Positions 28,210 through 37,984 are shown, counted from the first letter of the stretch. The stretch: 64,000 nucleotides of DNA from an uncultured Actinomycetota bacterium (GCA_963818365.1 CAWFRT010000005.1:4920-68919); one strand, 5' to 3'. The notes: generated by a model not told the origin, from the sequence alone. Numbers and translations: made by a program.

Positions 28210-28998
28210 ATGACAAGGCCAGGCTTCCTGTCACTCCCTGAGCGCGCTGAGAAGCCGCGTACGTCGGGTCTGACGCACGTCCTTGACAAGGGGCTCTCCG
28301 TCTCTGCCACCAGCGAATTGCTCCGGTCAGCGGGCAACTTTATTGACGTCTGGAAGTGGGGCTGGGGCACGGCTTACCTCGACCCCGACGTCCCTGTGAA
28401 ACTCAAGATGCTCGAAGGGGCGGGCATCAGCGCCTGCCTCGGCGGCACCATGCTGGAGATCTCGTGGCTGCAAGGCAAACACAAAGAGTGCCTGGACTGG
28501 GCGGCCGAGCTGGGTTTCCCGATGATCGAGGTGTCACGCGGAGTTGCGCCGATGACACTGGTGGAGAAGCGCGAACTGATTGAGTACGCCGTCTCGCACT
28601 TCACGGTGTTCAGCGAGGTCGGCAGCAAGGATCCGGCTTTCGACGTGGACCCGCAGGCATGGCGTGCGGAAGTCGTGTCTGACCTGGCAGCCGGCGCCTC
28701 GATGGTGGTCGCCGAGGGCCGCGAGAGTGGCACGGTGGGGCTGTATGACCCCGCGGGTGCGATTCGGCCGGACGTGGTGGAGGCAATCGCCGCGGTCGCG
28801 GGTCCGGATCGGATCTTCTTCGAGGCTCCGAAGAAGGACCAGCAGGCATGGTTCATTCGACACTTTGGGCCGAGCGTCAACCTGGCCAACATCGCCGCTG
28901 GCGAAGTGATGGGGCTGGAAGCCCTGCGCCTCGGCTTGCGTGCCGACACGGTCGCCCTAACCGGGGAAGGCGGGGCGCCAGGAGTTGGGGTGACATGA
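28210..28998 (+). CDS. comA: Phosphosulfolactate synthase (ComA family)
   Basis: GLTHVLDKG, DVWKWGWGT, LGGTMLE, IEVSRG, SEVGSKD, EGRESG, FEAP, LEALRLGLRADT. Confidence 0.93.
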   Translation: MTRPGFLSLPERAEKPRTSGLTHVLDKGLSVSATSELLRSAGNFIDVWKWGWGTAYLDPDVPVKLKMLEGAGISACLGGTMLEISWLQGKHKECLDWAAELGFPMIEVSRGVAPMTLVEKRELIEYAVSHFTVFSEVGSKDPAFDVDPQAWRAEVVSDLAAGASMVVAEGRESGTVGLYDPAGAIRPDVVEAIAAVAGPDRIFFEAPKKDQQAWFIRHFGPSVNLANIAAGEVMGLEALRLGLRADTVALTGEGGAPGVGVT

Positions 28999-29990
28999 GT
29001 GTGAACATCTATCCCGACAAATACCGCGGGGTTTCAGTGACCACTGTGGGCGGGGCCCTCGATCTTGAGTCCTTGCGGGCGTACTTCGTGGGAAAGCAGG
29101 CCTACTTCAAGACGAGGTACGCCGTCGTCAGCGGCACGGAAGGCGGTGTGCCTGCCACCGCCATCGTCCGCATTCACACCGCGGCGACCCCTTCAACTGG
29201 CGCCGTTCGGGGCGGACTATCTGGGGAGGGGGAGGGAGAAGGGGAGCTGTTTCTCCCGATCCTCGACGTCACCATGCTGGCTACCGCCGACGAAACGGTG
29301 GTCGTGGACGACCCCGAGATTGACACCGGTGTGCCCTCGGAGTTGGCCAGAGCCGCCCGTGAGCGAGCGCCGGGCTCTCGCGCGGTCGTCGTACACGGGC
29401 GCTATGAACACATCAGTTTCATCATCGACGCTCAACCCCTTCAAGTGCTCGTGCGCGAGGTGATTCCACCCGAACCCGCGAAACTCGTCGATCAGGCGGC
29501 CCGGGTCTTGGCCGTGCGCGAGGACTTGCCACCGATAGAGCTGATCCCCGATGTGGTGGATCTCCGCGAGGTGGCCGCGGCCCATCCAGCAGCGCACTAC
29601 CTCCTGCCTTGTCGAGGGTCGGGTTTCGTTCCTCAACAGTCCGAGCAGGGTGCCGCAGGCAACATCAAGATTGAATTCTTGGATGAACACCCAGCAGAAG
29701 GCGACTGGCTGATGCTGGGCTGCACGCGCTCGCAGCAGATCCACGGCGCGTTCTATGACCGCGATGCCCCCCAAGTGAGTTTCTGCCCCCTTGAACGGCC
29801 AGCCTCCCCCCTGTTGACGCTCACCAAATGTTGCCTCCAAGACGACGACATCGTGCGGGGAGACCACTCCGTGTCGGTGCCCTGGGGATCGTCGCTCGAG
29901 CGGGTGAGCGAGGCGCTCGAGGCGTTGGTGGCGCTGGCCAAAGATCAAGCCAGCACCGACCAACGGGTTCGCGCAGCGGAGGCGCTCTAG
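28995..29990 (+). CDS. Hypothetical Cys-containing protein translationally coupled to comA
   Basis: ATGA overlap; LLPCRGSG, LGCTRSQQIH, FCP, TKCCL. Confidence 0.75.
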   Translation: MSVNIYPDKYRGVSVTTVGGALDLESLRAYFVGKQAYFKTRYAVVSGTEGGVPATAIVRIHTAATPSTGAVRGGLSGEGEGEGELFLPILDVTMLATADETVVVDDPEIDTGVPSELARAARERAPGSRAVVVHGRYEHISFIIDAQPLQVLVREVIPPEPAKLVDQAARVLAVREDLPPIELIPDVVDLREVAAAHPAAHYLLPCRGSGFVPQQSEQGAAGNIKIEFLDEHPAEGDWLMLGCTRSQQIHGAFYDRDAPQVSFCPLERPASPLLTLTKCCLQDDDIVRGDHSVSVPWGSSLERVSEALEALVALAKDQASTDQRVRAAEAL

Positions 29991-31321
29991 TGGCGACCCG
30001 GATCAGCGACTCGGAGATGTATGCCCACCTCTGGACCGCCCCACAGTTGGACGGGTTGTTCGATGAGCGCGGTCGCCTGACTGTGTGGCTCACCATCTTG
30101 CGGGCGCTGGCCAAGGCGCAGGGCGAACTTGGGATCATCCCGACGCTGGCCGCCGGCGACATCGCCAAACTGACCGCCGCAGACCTCGACCTTGCGCTCG
30201 TCGCCGAGCACACCCGGCGTACGTCGCACTCGACGCTAGGTCTGATCCACGGGCTGCAAGCTGCGCTCCCAGAGGACGTGGCGCAGTATGCCTACTACGG
30301 CGCGACTGTCCAAGACGTCTCAGACACCTGGTTTGGCCTGGTGATGAGGGAGGTCGGTAGGCAGGCCAAGCTTGGGCTCGAGGAACTGCAACGGGGGCTG
30401 GTGTCGCTGAGCCAACAGCACCGCGACACGGTGATGCTGGGCCGCACCCATGGGCAGCCGGGCTCACCCATCACCTTCGGTTTCAAAGTGGCTTCGTGGG
30501 CTGATGAAGTGGGCCGCCATCTCGACCGGCTGGCTGAGGGACGCCCGCGCTGGGAGGTCGGCCAACTCGCTGGCGCGGTCGGTGTACTCGGCTTCTTTGG
30601 CGCACAAGGAACCGAGTTGCGGGCGCGGTTTTGTGCCGAGTTGGCACTCAACGATCCGGGCATTTCCTGGACGTCAAGCCGCGATCGGGTGGCTGAGTTT
30701 GGCGGCGTGCTAGCGATGATCTGCGCCACCTTGGCCCGAATGGGCAATGAGGTCTATGAACTCCAGCGCCCCGAGATCGGCGAATTGTCCGAGCCCCCCA
30801 TCGAGGGCGGCGTCGGCAGCATCACCATGCCGCATAAGCGCAATCCGGAGCGCAGTGAGCATCTGGCGACCCTGTCGAGGCTGGCTCGGGCGCAAGCCGG
30901 CGTCTTGCTGGAAGGCATGGAACATCAGCACGAGCGGGACGGCCGAGCCTGGAAGGCGGAGTGGATCGCGCTGCCGGAATTGTGTGAGTTAACGGTTGTC
31001 GCCGTGGGTCTGGCACAGCAACTGTTCCTTGACCTTGGCGTCCACCCCGATCGAATGGCCGCGAATCTCGCCGCCTCTGGGGTTGGGCCGCGGTCTGAGC
31101 AGTTGCTGGCGGCGCTGTCTGCGCGGATCGGGAAGCATCGCGCCCAAGCCTTGTTGCAGGAAGCCCTGGCCCAGGGTGCCGTCGAGGCCGACCTCGAGGA
31201 ACTGCTGATGAAGCACGGGGTAGCCGGCGAAGAGGTAGGCCAGTTGATGGCGACCTATCAGACCGGCGTCGCCGGGCAGATGGTCGACACCGTCCGCAGC
31301 AAGGGGCGCCGCAGTGATTGA
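29990..31321 (+). CDS. Adenylosuccinate-lyase-like protein (XcbD-like), non-canonical signature
   Basis: GATVQD, MLGRTHGQ, GSITMPHKRNP, HERD. Confidence 0.85.
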   Translation: MATRISDSEMYAHLWTAPQLDGLFDERGRLTVWLTILRALAKAQGELGIIPTLAAGDIAKLTAADLDLALVAEHTRRTSHSTLGLIHGLQAALPEDVAQYAYYGATVQDVSDTWFGLVMREVGRQAKLGLEELQRGLVSLSQQHRDTVMLGRTHGQPGSPITFGFKVASWADEVGRHLDRLAEGRPRWEVGQLAGAVGVLGFFGAQGTELRARFCAELALNDPGISWTSSRDRVAEFGGVLAMICATLARMGNEVYELQRPEIGELSEPPIEGGVGSITMPHKRNPERSEHLATLSRLARAQAGVLLEGMEHQHERDGRAWKAEWIALPELCELTVVAVGLAQQLFLDLGVHPDRMAANLAASGVGPRSEQLLAALSARIGKHRAQALLQEALAQGAVEADLEELLMKHGVAGEEVGQLMATYQTGVAGQMVDTVRSKGRRSD

Positions 31322-32339
31322 CGCGACCGACAAGGTGGCCAGCGCGAGATTGGCGCGGTTCGAGTTGCTCGCCGGGCCGACACCGCTCCAACGGTTGACC
31401 GCGATCGAGGCGTTGTGTGGGACCGGTCCACTCCTCGTCAAGCGCGACGATCTCACCGGGTTTGGAGTCGCGGGCAACAAGGCTAGGACGCTGGAATATC
31501 TCATCGGTGATGCCCTGGCTGGTGGCGCCGACGTGGTCGTCACCGGTGGTCGACCCGGCTCCAACTTCTGCTCGGCGACCGCGGCCGCCTGTGCCAAAGC
31601 TGGGCTTGAAGCCCACCTGGTGATGGCGCTGTCGCCCGGCGCCGTGCCGAGTTCGAACGTGAACTTGTCGGTCGCTTTCGGCGCGCAGATTGCCCCGGTT
31701 TCACCGACTTGTGACCTAGACGAAGCCATCGCGTCGTACGCCGACAGGCTGAGGTCGGCGGGCCGAAAGGTGTACGCCGTGCCGAGAGGCGGGGCCACGC
31801 CCATCGGTGCCTTGGGTTATGCCGACGCAGCCCACGAGTTGGCCGAGCAACTGTTCGGTGAGCCGGATCAGCCGATGCAGGTCGTGGTCGCAGTGGGGAC
31901 CGGCGGGACGGTCGCTGGGCTGCTGACTGGCCGCGGAGAATTGGGCGCGTCATGGGCGCTGGCCGGGGTTTGCGTGAGTTCGCCGGCGGCTGAAATGGCC
32001 GGGCGGATCACCCGAATAGCGGCGGGCTGCGCGGCGCTACGCGGCGCCCGTCCAGGGGTTGGTCTGACCCTGACCGATGCGCCTGGGGAGCACGGCGTAC
32101 TCACCAACGCGCAGCGTGATCTCGCCGACCTGGCGCTGCGCCACGAGGGGTTGTTGCTCGACAGCACCTACACGGCTAAGTCGTTTGAGCGCGCGGTCGA
32201 ACTGGCTCAGCGGACCACCCGGCCGACGGTTTTCTGGCACACGGGCGGCCTGCTGGGAGCGTTGGCACGCATCTCGACAGGCTCGACCAACCCCGAGGGA
32301 TCCAACCTCGGCGACTCGACCAACCTGGAGGACCGATGA
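31314..32339 (+). CDS. PLP enzyme of the D-cysteine desulfhydrase/ACC deaminase family (XcbE-like)
   Basis: TPLQ, KRDDLTG, GNKARTLEY, SN, GTGGT, LDSTYTAK, FWHTGG. Confidence 0.9.
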   Translation: MIDATDKVASARLARFELLAGPTPLQRLTAIEALCGTGPLLVKRDDLTGFGVAGNKARTLEYLIGDALAGGADVVVTGGRPGSNFCSATAAACAKAGLEAHLVMALSPGAVPSSNVNLSVAFGAQIAPVSPTCDLDEAIASYADRLRSAGRKVYAVPRGGATPIGALGYADAAHELAEQLFGEPDQPMQVVVAVGTGGTVAGLLTGRGELGASWALAGVCVSSPAAEMAGRITRIAAGCAALRGARPGVGLTLTDAPGEHGVLTNAQRDLADLALRHEGLLLDSTYTAKSFERAVELAQRTTRPTVFWHTGGLLGALARISTGSTNPEGSNLGDSTNLEDR

Positions 32340-33856
32340 CTAAGCGCGTGCGGGTGGCGGGGTCGGTGACCTCCAAGGCGGCACCGGAGTTGATCGCGTC
32401 AGGTTTTCAGATGGAGAACGACGACGCGCCCTACCTCCACGATGGCCTTAACCTGGCCGACATCGCGCACGTTTTGGACCTGTCACGCCGAGGGCTTTTG
32501 CCGGCGGACGCCGAACGGTCGTTGCTTGAGATCCTGCTGGAGGTCTGCGAGATCGACGCGGAGGACTTCCCTTACGATCCCCACCTGGGGGAGCCTTACA
32601 ACTCACGAGAGCACTACTTCGTGGAGGCGCTCGGGGATGCTGCTGGTTGGCTCCATGCGGGTCGCCCACGTCGGGAGGCGGCCAGGATTGCCCTGCGCCT
32701 GCGGCTTCGACGGCAACTCGTTGACCTAGTCCTCGACGTCGTCGCCTTTGGCACTCAGGTGTGTGACCTAGCGACCGAACATGCCGACACCCTGATGGCC
32801 GATCAGACGTATCTTCAACAGGCTCAGCCCTCCACCTTTGGGCACTATTTGCTCACTTTTGCCCACCCGGCCCTGCGCGACGCCGAGCGGCTCCTGGACG
32901 AGCTGAAACAGATCAATGCCAGTCCTGGCGGGGCTGGGTGCGTCAATGGCACACGTCTCCAAGACGATCGCGGCTACCTCGCAAACCTGCTCGGCTTTGA
33001 CTCCGTGATCACCCACACTCGCGATGCGATGTGGCGGGTCGATGACCTGATCGCCTTGCTTGCGACCACCACCTCGGTGGTTTCTAATCTCAGCAAGTTG
33101 GCCGAAGACTTGGAGATCTTTTCCAGCGCCGAGTTTGACTTCGTCGATCTCGACGACTCGTTCAGCCGCTCAAGTGTGCTGATGCCCAACAAGCGAAACC
33201 CCTATGCGTTGTCGATCGTTCGCGGCGCCTCCGGCGTGTTGATCGGCCGGCTCTCCGGCTTTCTGGCGGTCACGAAGAGTCCGTCGGCGCGTTCGGACAA
33301 CTTCATTTATGCGTACGGCGAGGTGCCCCGCGCGCTGGACTTAGCCGAGCGGGTGACAGCGCTGATGGCCGGTGTGGTGCGGACCCTGGTGGTGCATCCA
33401 GACCGAATGTTGGCGGAATTGGACCGCGGCTATGCCCAATCGACAGATCTTGCAGAGTTCTTCACGGTGAAACGCGGCGTGGACTATCGCACGGCCTATT
33501 ACGTCGTCGGAGACGCCGTACGACAAGCGAGTCGGGAGGGGATTCCCGGACGTTTGATCGGCGCCGAGATCATCAACCGGGCGGCGGCGGCTCGCACGGG
33601 AACACCGTGGGATGTCACCGACGAAGAACTGGCCGAGGTGTTGAAGCCGGAGTCGATCGTTGCCTCGCGAACCGCCGAGGGTGGCGCGGCCAAAGCTGTC
33701 GTGCTGGCCGGGGTCGAAGCCACCCGTGCTCGACTCAGCCTGATCGCGGAGCAGGCCGACCAGCGGTTGCGTGACTTCGACGCTGTCGAAGTTTCATTGC
33801 TGGCGCAGGCCCGCAGCGTTGTTGCTACCCCGTCAGTGAAATCAGAGGAGAAGTGA
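32336..33856 (+). CDS. Argininosuccinate-lyase-like protein (XcbC-like), non-canonical catalytic motifs
   Basis: TYLQQAQP (Tyr where THxQ has His), SSVLMPNKRNP, TDLAE. Confidence 0.85.
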   Translation: MTKRVRVAGSVTSKAAPELIASGFQMENDDAPYLHDGLNLADIAHVLDLSRRGLLPADAERSLLEILLEVCEIDAEDFPYDPHLGEPYNSREHYFVEALGDAAGWLHAGRPRREAARIALRLRLRRQLVDLVLDVVAFGTQVCDLATEHADTLMADQTYLQQAQPSTFGHYLLTFAHPALRDAERLLDELKQINASPGGAGCVNGTRLQDDRGYLANLLGFDSVITHTRDAMWRVDDLIALLATTTSVVSNLSKLAEDLEIFSSAEFDFVDLDDSFSRSSVLMPNKRNPYALSIVRGASGVLIGRLSGFLAVTKSPSARSDNFIYAYGEVPRALDLAERVTALMAGVVRTLVVHPDRMLAELDRGYAQSTDLAEFFTVKRGVDYRTAYYVVGDAVRQASREGIPGRLIGAEIINRAAAARTGTPWDVTDEELAEVLKPESIVASRTAEGGAAKAVVLAGVEATRARLSLIAEQADQRLRDFDAVEVSLLAQARSVVATPSVKSEEK

Positions 33857-35277
33857 TGTCGAGTCCTGTCGTCGAACTGCCCACCGAAGTGGAAGTTGTC
33901 AACATTGGGTTGCCCCTGTTTGGGGAGGCGGTGGCTGCCCAGGGTCGGCCCGTGGTGCAGGTGGATTGGCGGCCGCCAGCGGATGGAAACCTTGAGGTGG
34001 TGCGTGCGCTGACCCGCACGTTTGGCGTGCACGAGGGCGTCATCGAAGCAGCAAACGCGGAAGTGTTTCGTCGCCTCGACACCGGGGTCGCGATGCTGAC
34101 CGGGGTGGCGACGGCAGCCGATGTGGTGCCTGACATCGAGGGTCAAACGATTCTGCACTGCGGTCCCGCCATCGAATGGGTGGACGTGTGCGATCCGCTG
34201 CGTCGGTCGATGCGGGCCGCGGTGGTGGCTGAAGGTTGGGCTGCTGAAGTGTCCGACGCTGATCGGTTGTTGGCCGCTGGGGACGTCCGGCTGGAGCCGG
34301 CAAATCTGCATCAGATGTGTGTGCCGATGGCCACCGCGATCGGGCCTTCCTCGCCAGTCTGGGTGGTGGAAAACCGAGACGGCAACACAGTCGCCTTCTC
34401 GCCGATCAATCAAGGGCCGGGCGAGGTGCCCTGGTTTGGTCGGGAGACTCCGGAAGCGATTGAGCGGCTGCGGTTTCTACGCGACGTGGCCGGGCCGTTG
34501 CTGGGTCGAGTGGTCACGGGGACCGGTCCGATCGACCTGTTTGCGTTGGCCACGCAGGGCATTGCCATGGGCGACGACATCCACATGCGCACCCAGGCGA
34601 CCACCAATCTGCTGATCCGCAACCTCTTGCCGGGCATCGTCGAGCACGGGGGTGCGCGGGGCGTTGAGTTCGCGTCGTACCTCTCTGGGAACCACCTGTT
34701 CTTCCTCAATCTGGCGATGGCAGCGGCCAAGTCGCTGACCCTGTGGGCAGAGGAGGTGCCTCATTCGAGCATCGTCACGACCATGTCGCGCAACGGAACG
34801 GGTTTCGGGATCCGGTTGGCGGGCAACGACGAGTGGTTCCTCACCGAGGCACCGCCGGTGAGCGATGCGCTTTACTACTCCGGCCAGTCCGCTGAGACAG
34901 CAGCCAAGGACATCGGCGACAGTGCTGTTTTGGAGTTGGTGGGCTTGGGTGGTCCAGCTGCGGCCGGCTCACCCGCCGTCGCGGCGTTCCTTGGCGGGAC
35001 AATGGCAGATGCGAGAGCGGCCACGGAATCCATGATCGAGATCTGCCGCGGGCCGAGTTCGCGCTTCAAACTGCCGATCATGGACTTTCGGGGTACGCCG
35101 GTGGGAGTCGACGTACGTTATGTCGCTGAAACTGGCATCACCCCCAAGGTCAACACTGGCGTGCTCCACATCTCCGATGGGTCTGGCCAGATCGGTGCCG
35201 GTGTGGCTACGGCGCCGGTCAGTTGTTTTGTCGAAGCCCTCCTCGACCTCGACCGCCGACTCACCGCCGAGAAGTAG
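33853..35277 (+). CDS. DUF1116 (YlbE/AllG-like) protein with an N-terminal FdrA-tail-like segment
   Basis: ILHCGP, MGDDIHMR, NHLFFLN, MSRNG, DIGDSA, INT-like VNTG; N-terminal VNIGL...VDWRPPADG. Confidence 0.88.
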   Translation: MMSSPVVELPTEVEVVNIGLPLFGEAVAAQGRPVVQVDWRPPADGNLEVVRALTRTFGVHEGVIEAANAEVFRRLDTGVAMLTGVATAADVVPDIEGQTILHCGPAIEWVDVCDPLRRSMRAAVVAEGWAAEVSDADRLLAAGDVRLEPANLHQMCVPMATAIGPSSPVWVVENRDGNTVAFSPINQGPGEVPWFGRETPEAIERLRFLRDVAGPLLGRVVTGTGPIDLFALATQGIAMGDDIHMRTQATTNLLIRNLLPGIVEHGGARGVEFASYLSGNHLFFLNLAMAAAKSLTLWAEEVPHSSIVTTMSRNGTGFGIRLAGNDEWFLTEAPPVSDALYYSGQSAETAAKDIGDSAVLELVGLGGPAAAGSPAVAAFLGGTMADARAATESMIEICRGPSSRFKLPIMDFRGTPVGVDVRYVAETGITPKVNTGVLHISDGSGQIGAGVATAPVSCFVEALLDLDRRLTAEK

Positions 35278-35283
35278 AACAAG

Positions 35284-35322
35284 GTGGAGGAAATAGCGCA
35301 CCTGGTGCGCCAATTCCTCCAC
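35284..35322. repeat. ~40-bp palindrome, family P
   Basis: GTGGAGGAAATAGCGCAC-CTG-GTGCGCCAATTCCTCCAC. Confidence 0.85.
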
Positions 35323-35343
35323 TTAGCGAGCCCGAACTAGCCT

Positions 35344-36033
35344 GTGGCGGTGAACACGTCCTTCCGGTCCGGGGTGAGGACGGGGGCACCGTTCGGAATT
35401 GTCTCCTTCGTCCTCTCCGCCTCCTTCGGAGTGTTGGCTGTGCAGGCTGGGTTCTCGTGGTTCCAGGTGCTCGTGATGTCGGCCCTGGTGTTCGCAGGTT
35501 CGGCACAGTTCGCCATGCTTTCGATCCTCGCGGGCGGCGGCAGTGGAGGGGCGGCCGTCGGGGCCTCAGGGTTGATGAACAGCCGATTCCTGGCGATGGG
35601 GATCGCCTTGGCACCCTCGCTCCCGGGTCGGTGGTGGTCGCGGGCCGCACAGGGCCAGGCGGTGGTGGACGCCTCGTGGGCGATCGCCAACCGCGGCGAT
35701 GGCACCTTCGACCGCTGGCTGCTCTTCGGCACCACGCTCCCGCAGTACGTCGGGTGGGTGGTCGGCGGGACACTCGGCGCGCTGCTCGGGGATGGGCTCG
35801 GCGACACGGATCGGCTTGGTTTTGACGCCATCTATCCCACCTTCTTTCTGGCTCTGCTGATTGCCGAACTCCGGGATGCGCGGTCGAGAGGGGTCGCCCT
35901 GGCCGGTGCCGCCATCGCGTTGGCGCTGGTGCCATTCACACCACCCGGCATACCGATCCTCGCCGCGAGCGTGGCGGCTATCGTCGGCCTCTGGTCCCCG
36001 CCCGCGACAGTGCCCGAGATTGGGGAGGCGTAG
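35344..36033 (+). CDS. AzlC-family membrane protein
   Basis: MSALVFAGSAQFA, MNSRF, VVDASWA. Confidence 0.9.
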   Translation: MAVNTSFRSGVRTGAPFGIVSFVLSASFGVLAVQAGFSWFQVLVMSALVFAGSAQFAMLSILAGGGSGGAAVGASGLMNSRFLAMGIALAPSLPGRWWSRAAQGQAVVDASWAIANRGDGTFDRWLLFGTTLPQYVGWVVGGTLGALLGDGLGDTDRLGFDAIYPTFFLALLIAELRDARSRGVALAGAAIALALVPFTPPGIPILAASVAAIVGLWSPPATVPEIGEA

Positions 36034-36035
36034 CC

Positions 36036-36356
36036 GTGATGTGGGGTCCTGCCCACCTCTGGTGGCCAATCTTGGGTTGCATCGTGCTGACCGCGCTGAT
36101 TAAGGCCGCGGGCCCGATTGCCCTGGGAGGTCGGGAGTTGCCACGGGCGCTCACAGGTGTGGTTAGCCTGATGGCCCCCGCATTGATTGCCGCCTTGGTT
36201 GTTACTGCCGCTTTTGCCGATGGACAACGGCTGGGCCTGGGCGCACACACTGTGGGGCTCGCGGTTGCCGCAGTGTTCCTCTGGCGTGGCAAGTCTGTTG
36301 TGCTGGCCGTTTTCGTGGCGGTTGCCGTCACCGCTGCCTTGCGCGCCGCCTTGTGA
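36036..36356 (+). CDS. AzlD-family membrane protein
   Basis: LIKAAGP, APALIAALV; follows AzlC. Confidence 0.85.
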   Translation: MMWGPAHLWWPILGCIVLTALIKAAGPIALGGRELPRALTGVVSLMAPALIAALVVTAAFADGQRLGLGAHTVGLAVAAVFLWRGKSVVLAVFVAVAVTAALRAAL

Positions 36357-36991
36357 AGGCGCGAGTGTTCGCCGTGTTCGGCCGGGCGATCTATGTCGCG
36401 AACGGCGACTCAGTTCGAGTGCTCGTCGACCACCGCTCGCCGCGTGGACCGCTACATCTACGAGTGCGGAAACTGCCATCGCTCCAGGTTGAGGACGAGG
36501 TTCTCCTCACCGCCGGGCTGGCGGAATTCCCGGGTGGGTGCGTGAGGATCGAGGATCCATGGGTGGGTGAGCAGCCCTTGCGGGGGCTCGCCAGGCTCGA
36601 CCCACGGCAGTCAGACATCGCCGAACTGGCTGTGCGCGTCGGCGGGCGAGGGCCCGGACTGACTCCGCAGGGGGACGACGTTTTGGCCGGCGTACTTCTT
36701 GCCCGTTGGGGCGTCTGCGACGACACCGAACGGCGCGAGCTCCTGGCCATCGCGCTGAGCGTGGACACCAACCGGATTTCTCGCGCCTTCCTGGCGGCGG
36801 CGGCCGGGGGCCAATGCATCGAGCCAGCCCACGACTTGTTGGTTGCGCTGTTGGTCGGCGATGAACCAGCGGCCGGCAGGGCCCAGGCCGAGCTCACGTC
36901 GTACGGCGCGACCTCCGGTGTCGCGCTGGCGCGGGGGATTCGCGCCGAGGTTGCCAACGATGGGTTGCACTTCTTGACGGTGCTCGGGTGA
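36353..36991 (+). CDS. DUF2877 (YlbF/AllH-like) protein
   Basis: GRGPGLTPQGDDVLAG, TNRIS, GATSG. Confidence 0.85.
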   Translation: MKARVFAVFGRAIYVANGDSVRVLVDHRSPRGPLHLRVRKLPSLQVEDEVLLTAGLAEFPGGCVRIEDPWVGEQPLRGLARLDPRQSDIAELAVRVGGRGPGLTPQGDDVLAGVLLARWGVCDDTERRELLAIALSVDTNRISRAFLAAAAGGQCIEPAHDLLVALLVGDEPAAGRAQAELTSYGATSGVALARGIRAEVANDGLHFLTVLG

Positions 36992-37055
36992 AGCGGGAGT
37001 CCATTGCCGCGGCAGCGGCGACGGGCTGCGTGCGTTGGGCGTTCCGCGCTCATCA

Positions 37056-37227
37056 GGTTTCGAGACGGCGCTAGCGCGCCTCCTCAACCAACAAGCACAC
37101 GGGGCTAGCGCGCTTGCTCAACCAACAAGCACACGGGGCTAGCGCGCTTGCTCAACCAACAAGCACACGGGGCTAGCGCGCTTGCTCAACCAACAAGCAC
37201 ACGGGGCTAGCGCGCCTCCTCAACCAA
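37056..37227 (+). repeat. REP-like element followed by four 34-bp tandem copies
   Basis: CAAGCACACGGGGCTAGCGCGCTTGCTCAACCAA at 37092, 37126 and 37160, variant at 37194. Confidence 0.9.
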
Positions 37228-37241
37228 CTACCGGACCGGCG

Positions 37242-37868
37242 CTAGCTGAGGCTGATGTGGACGAGCTCGGCCACTGCGCGCCCGGAATTGGTCCAGGTGG
37301 CGGAGTGATCAGTGAGGAAATGCAGTGAATCGCCACGCTTAAGAGCGAAGTCACGGCCGCCGATTGTGGCGTGCACCGCTCCGGCAACCACGTGCACCAA
37401 CGACTCACCACCACGTGCGGGCGCATCCTCCAACACGGCGCCAGCGGGCAACTTGATCGTCGTACCTCTGGCGCGGAACCGAGCCGGTGGTCCGGAGATG
37501 AGTACGACGTCGGCGCCGCCACGATCCACCGGCTCGCCGGTGCCAGACGCCACATGCCAGACGTCATGGGGATCCTCGGGCTCTTCGCCAATGAGGTGGC
37601 TGATCGGACGCTTGAAGACGGTGGCCAGTTTGAGCAGAGTCGTGATCGTCGGCACCATGTCGCCGCGCTCGATCTTGTGGATCGAAGCGGCGCTCACTTC
37701 GGCAATCGCACTCATCTGTTGGAGCGACAACCCCAAGCCGGCCCGCATGTCGGCCAGCCGCGGACCAATCCCGGCTACGACCTCCTCAACGCTCAGGGCG
37801 CCCGTGTCAGTCGCGTTTTCCGGCGTGACTGAAGTGCTGGCGGCGTTTGCAGCACTGCCTCTAGGCAT
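37242..37868 (-). CDS. XRE-family HTH regulator with C-terminal cupin domain
   Basis: LSLQQMSAIAEVSAASIHKIERG...PTITTL; GGESLVHVVAG, GDSLHF. Confidence 0.92.
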   Translation of the reverse strand: MPRGSAANAASTSVTPENATDTGALSVEEVVAGIGPRLADMRAGLGLSLQQMSAIAEVSAASIHKIERGDMVPTITTLLKLATVFKRPISHLIGEEPEDPHDVWHVASGTGEPVDRGGADVVLISGPPARFRARGTTIKLPAGAVLEDAPARGGESLVHVVAGAVHATIGGRDFALKRGDSLHFLTDHSATWTNSGRAVAELVHISLS

Positions 37869-37882
37869 TTGCCTGTCCTCTC

Positions 37883-37914
37883 TTGACGTCCCACTCGCGT
37901 TTACTATGATAGAC
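37883..37914 (+). promoter_or_regulatory. Promoter (TTGACG-16-TATGAT) overlapped by candidate operator copy 3
   Basis: GTTTACTATGATAGAC at 37899-37914, 13/16 to consensus. Confidence 0.6.
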
Positions 37915-37984
37915 GACAACCTCACATAATGGACACGCCATCGCTGACGTGTTCGCCGGTCTCGTCAGGAGTGTCCATCAAGTT

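Noticed and set aside
29828-33856. Calling the lyases purB and argH
   Set aside because: Catalytic motifs deviate and the context is ComA/PLP enzyme, not purine or arginine synthesis
37092-37227. 34-bp tandem repeat as a CRISPR array
   Set aside because: Units are adjacent with no unique spacers, they derive from the REP-like family, and no cas genes are present
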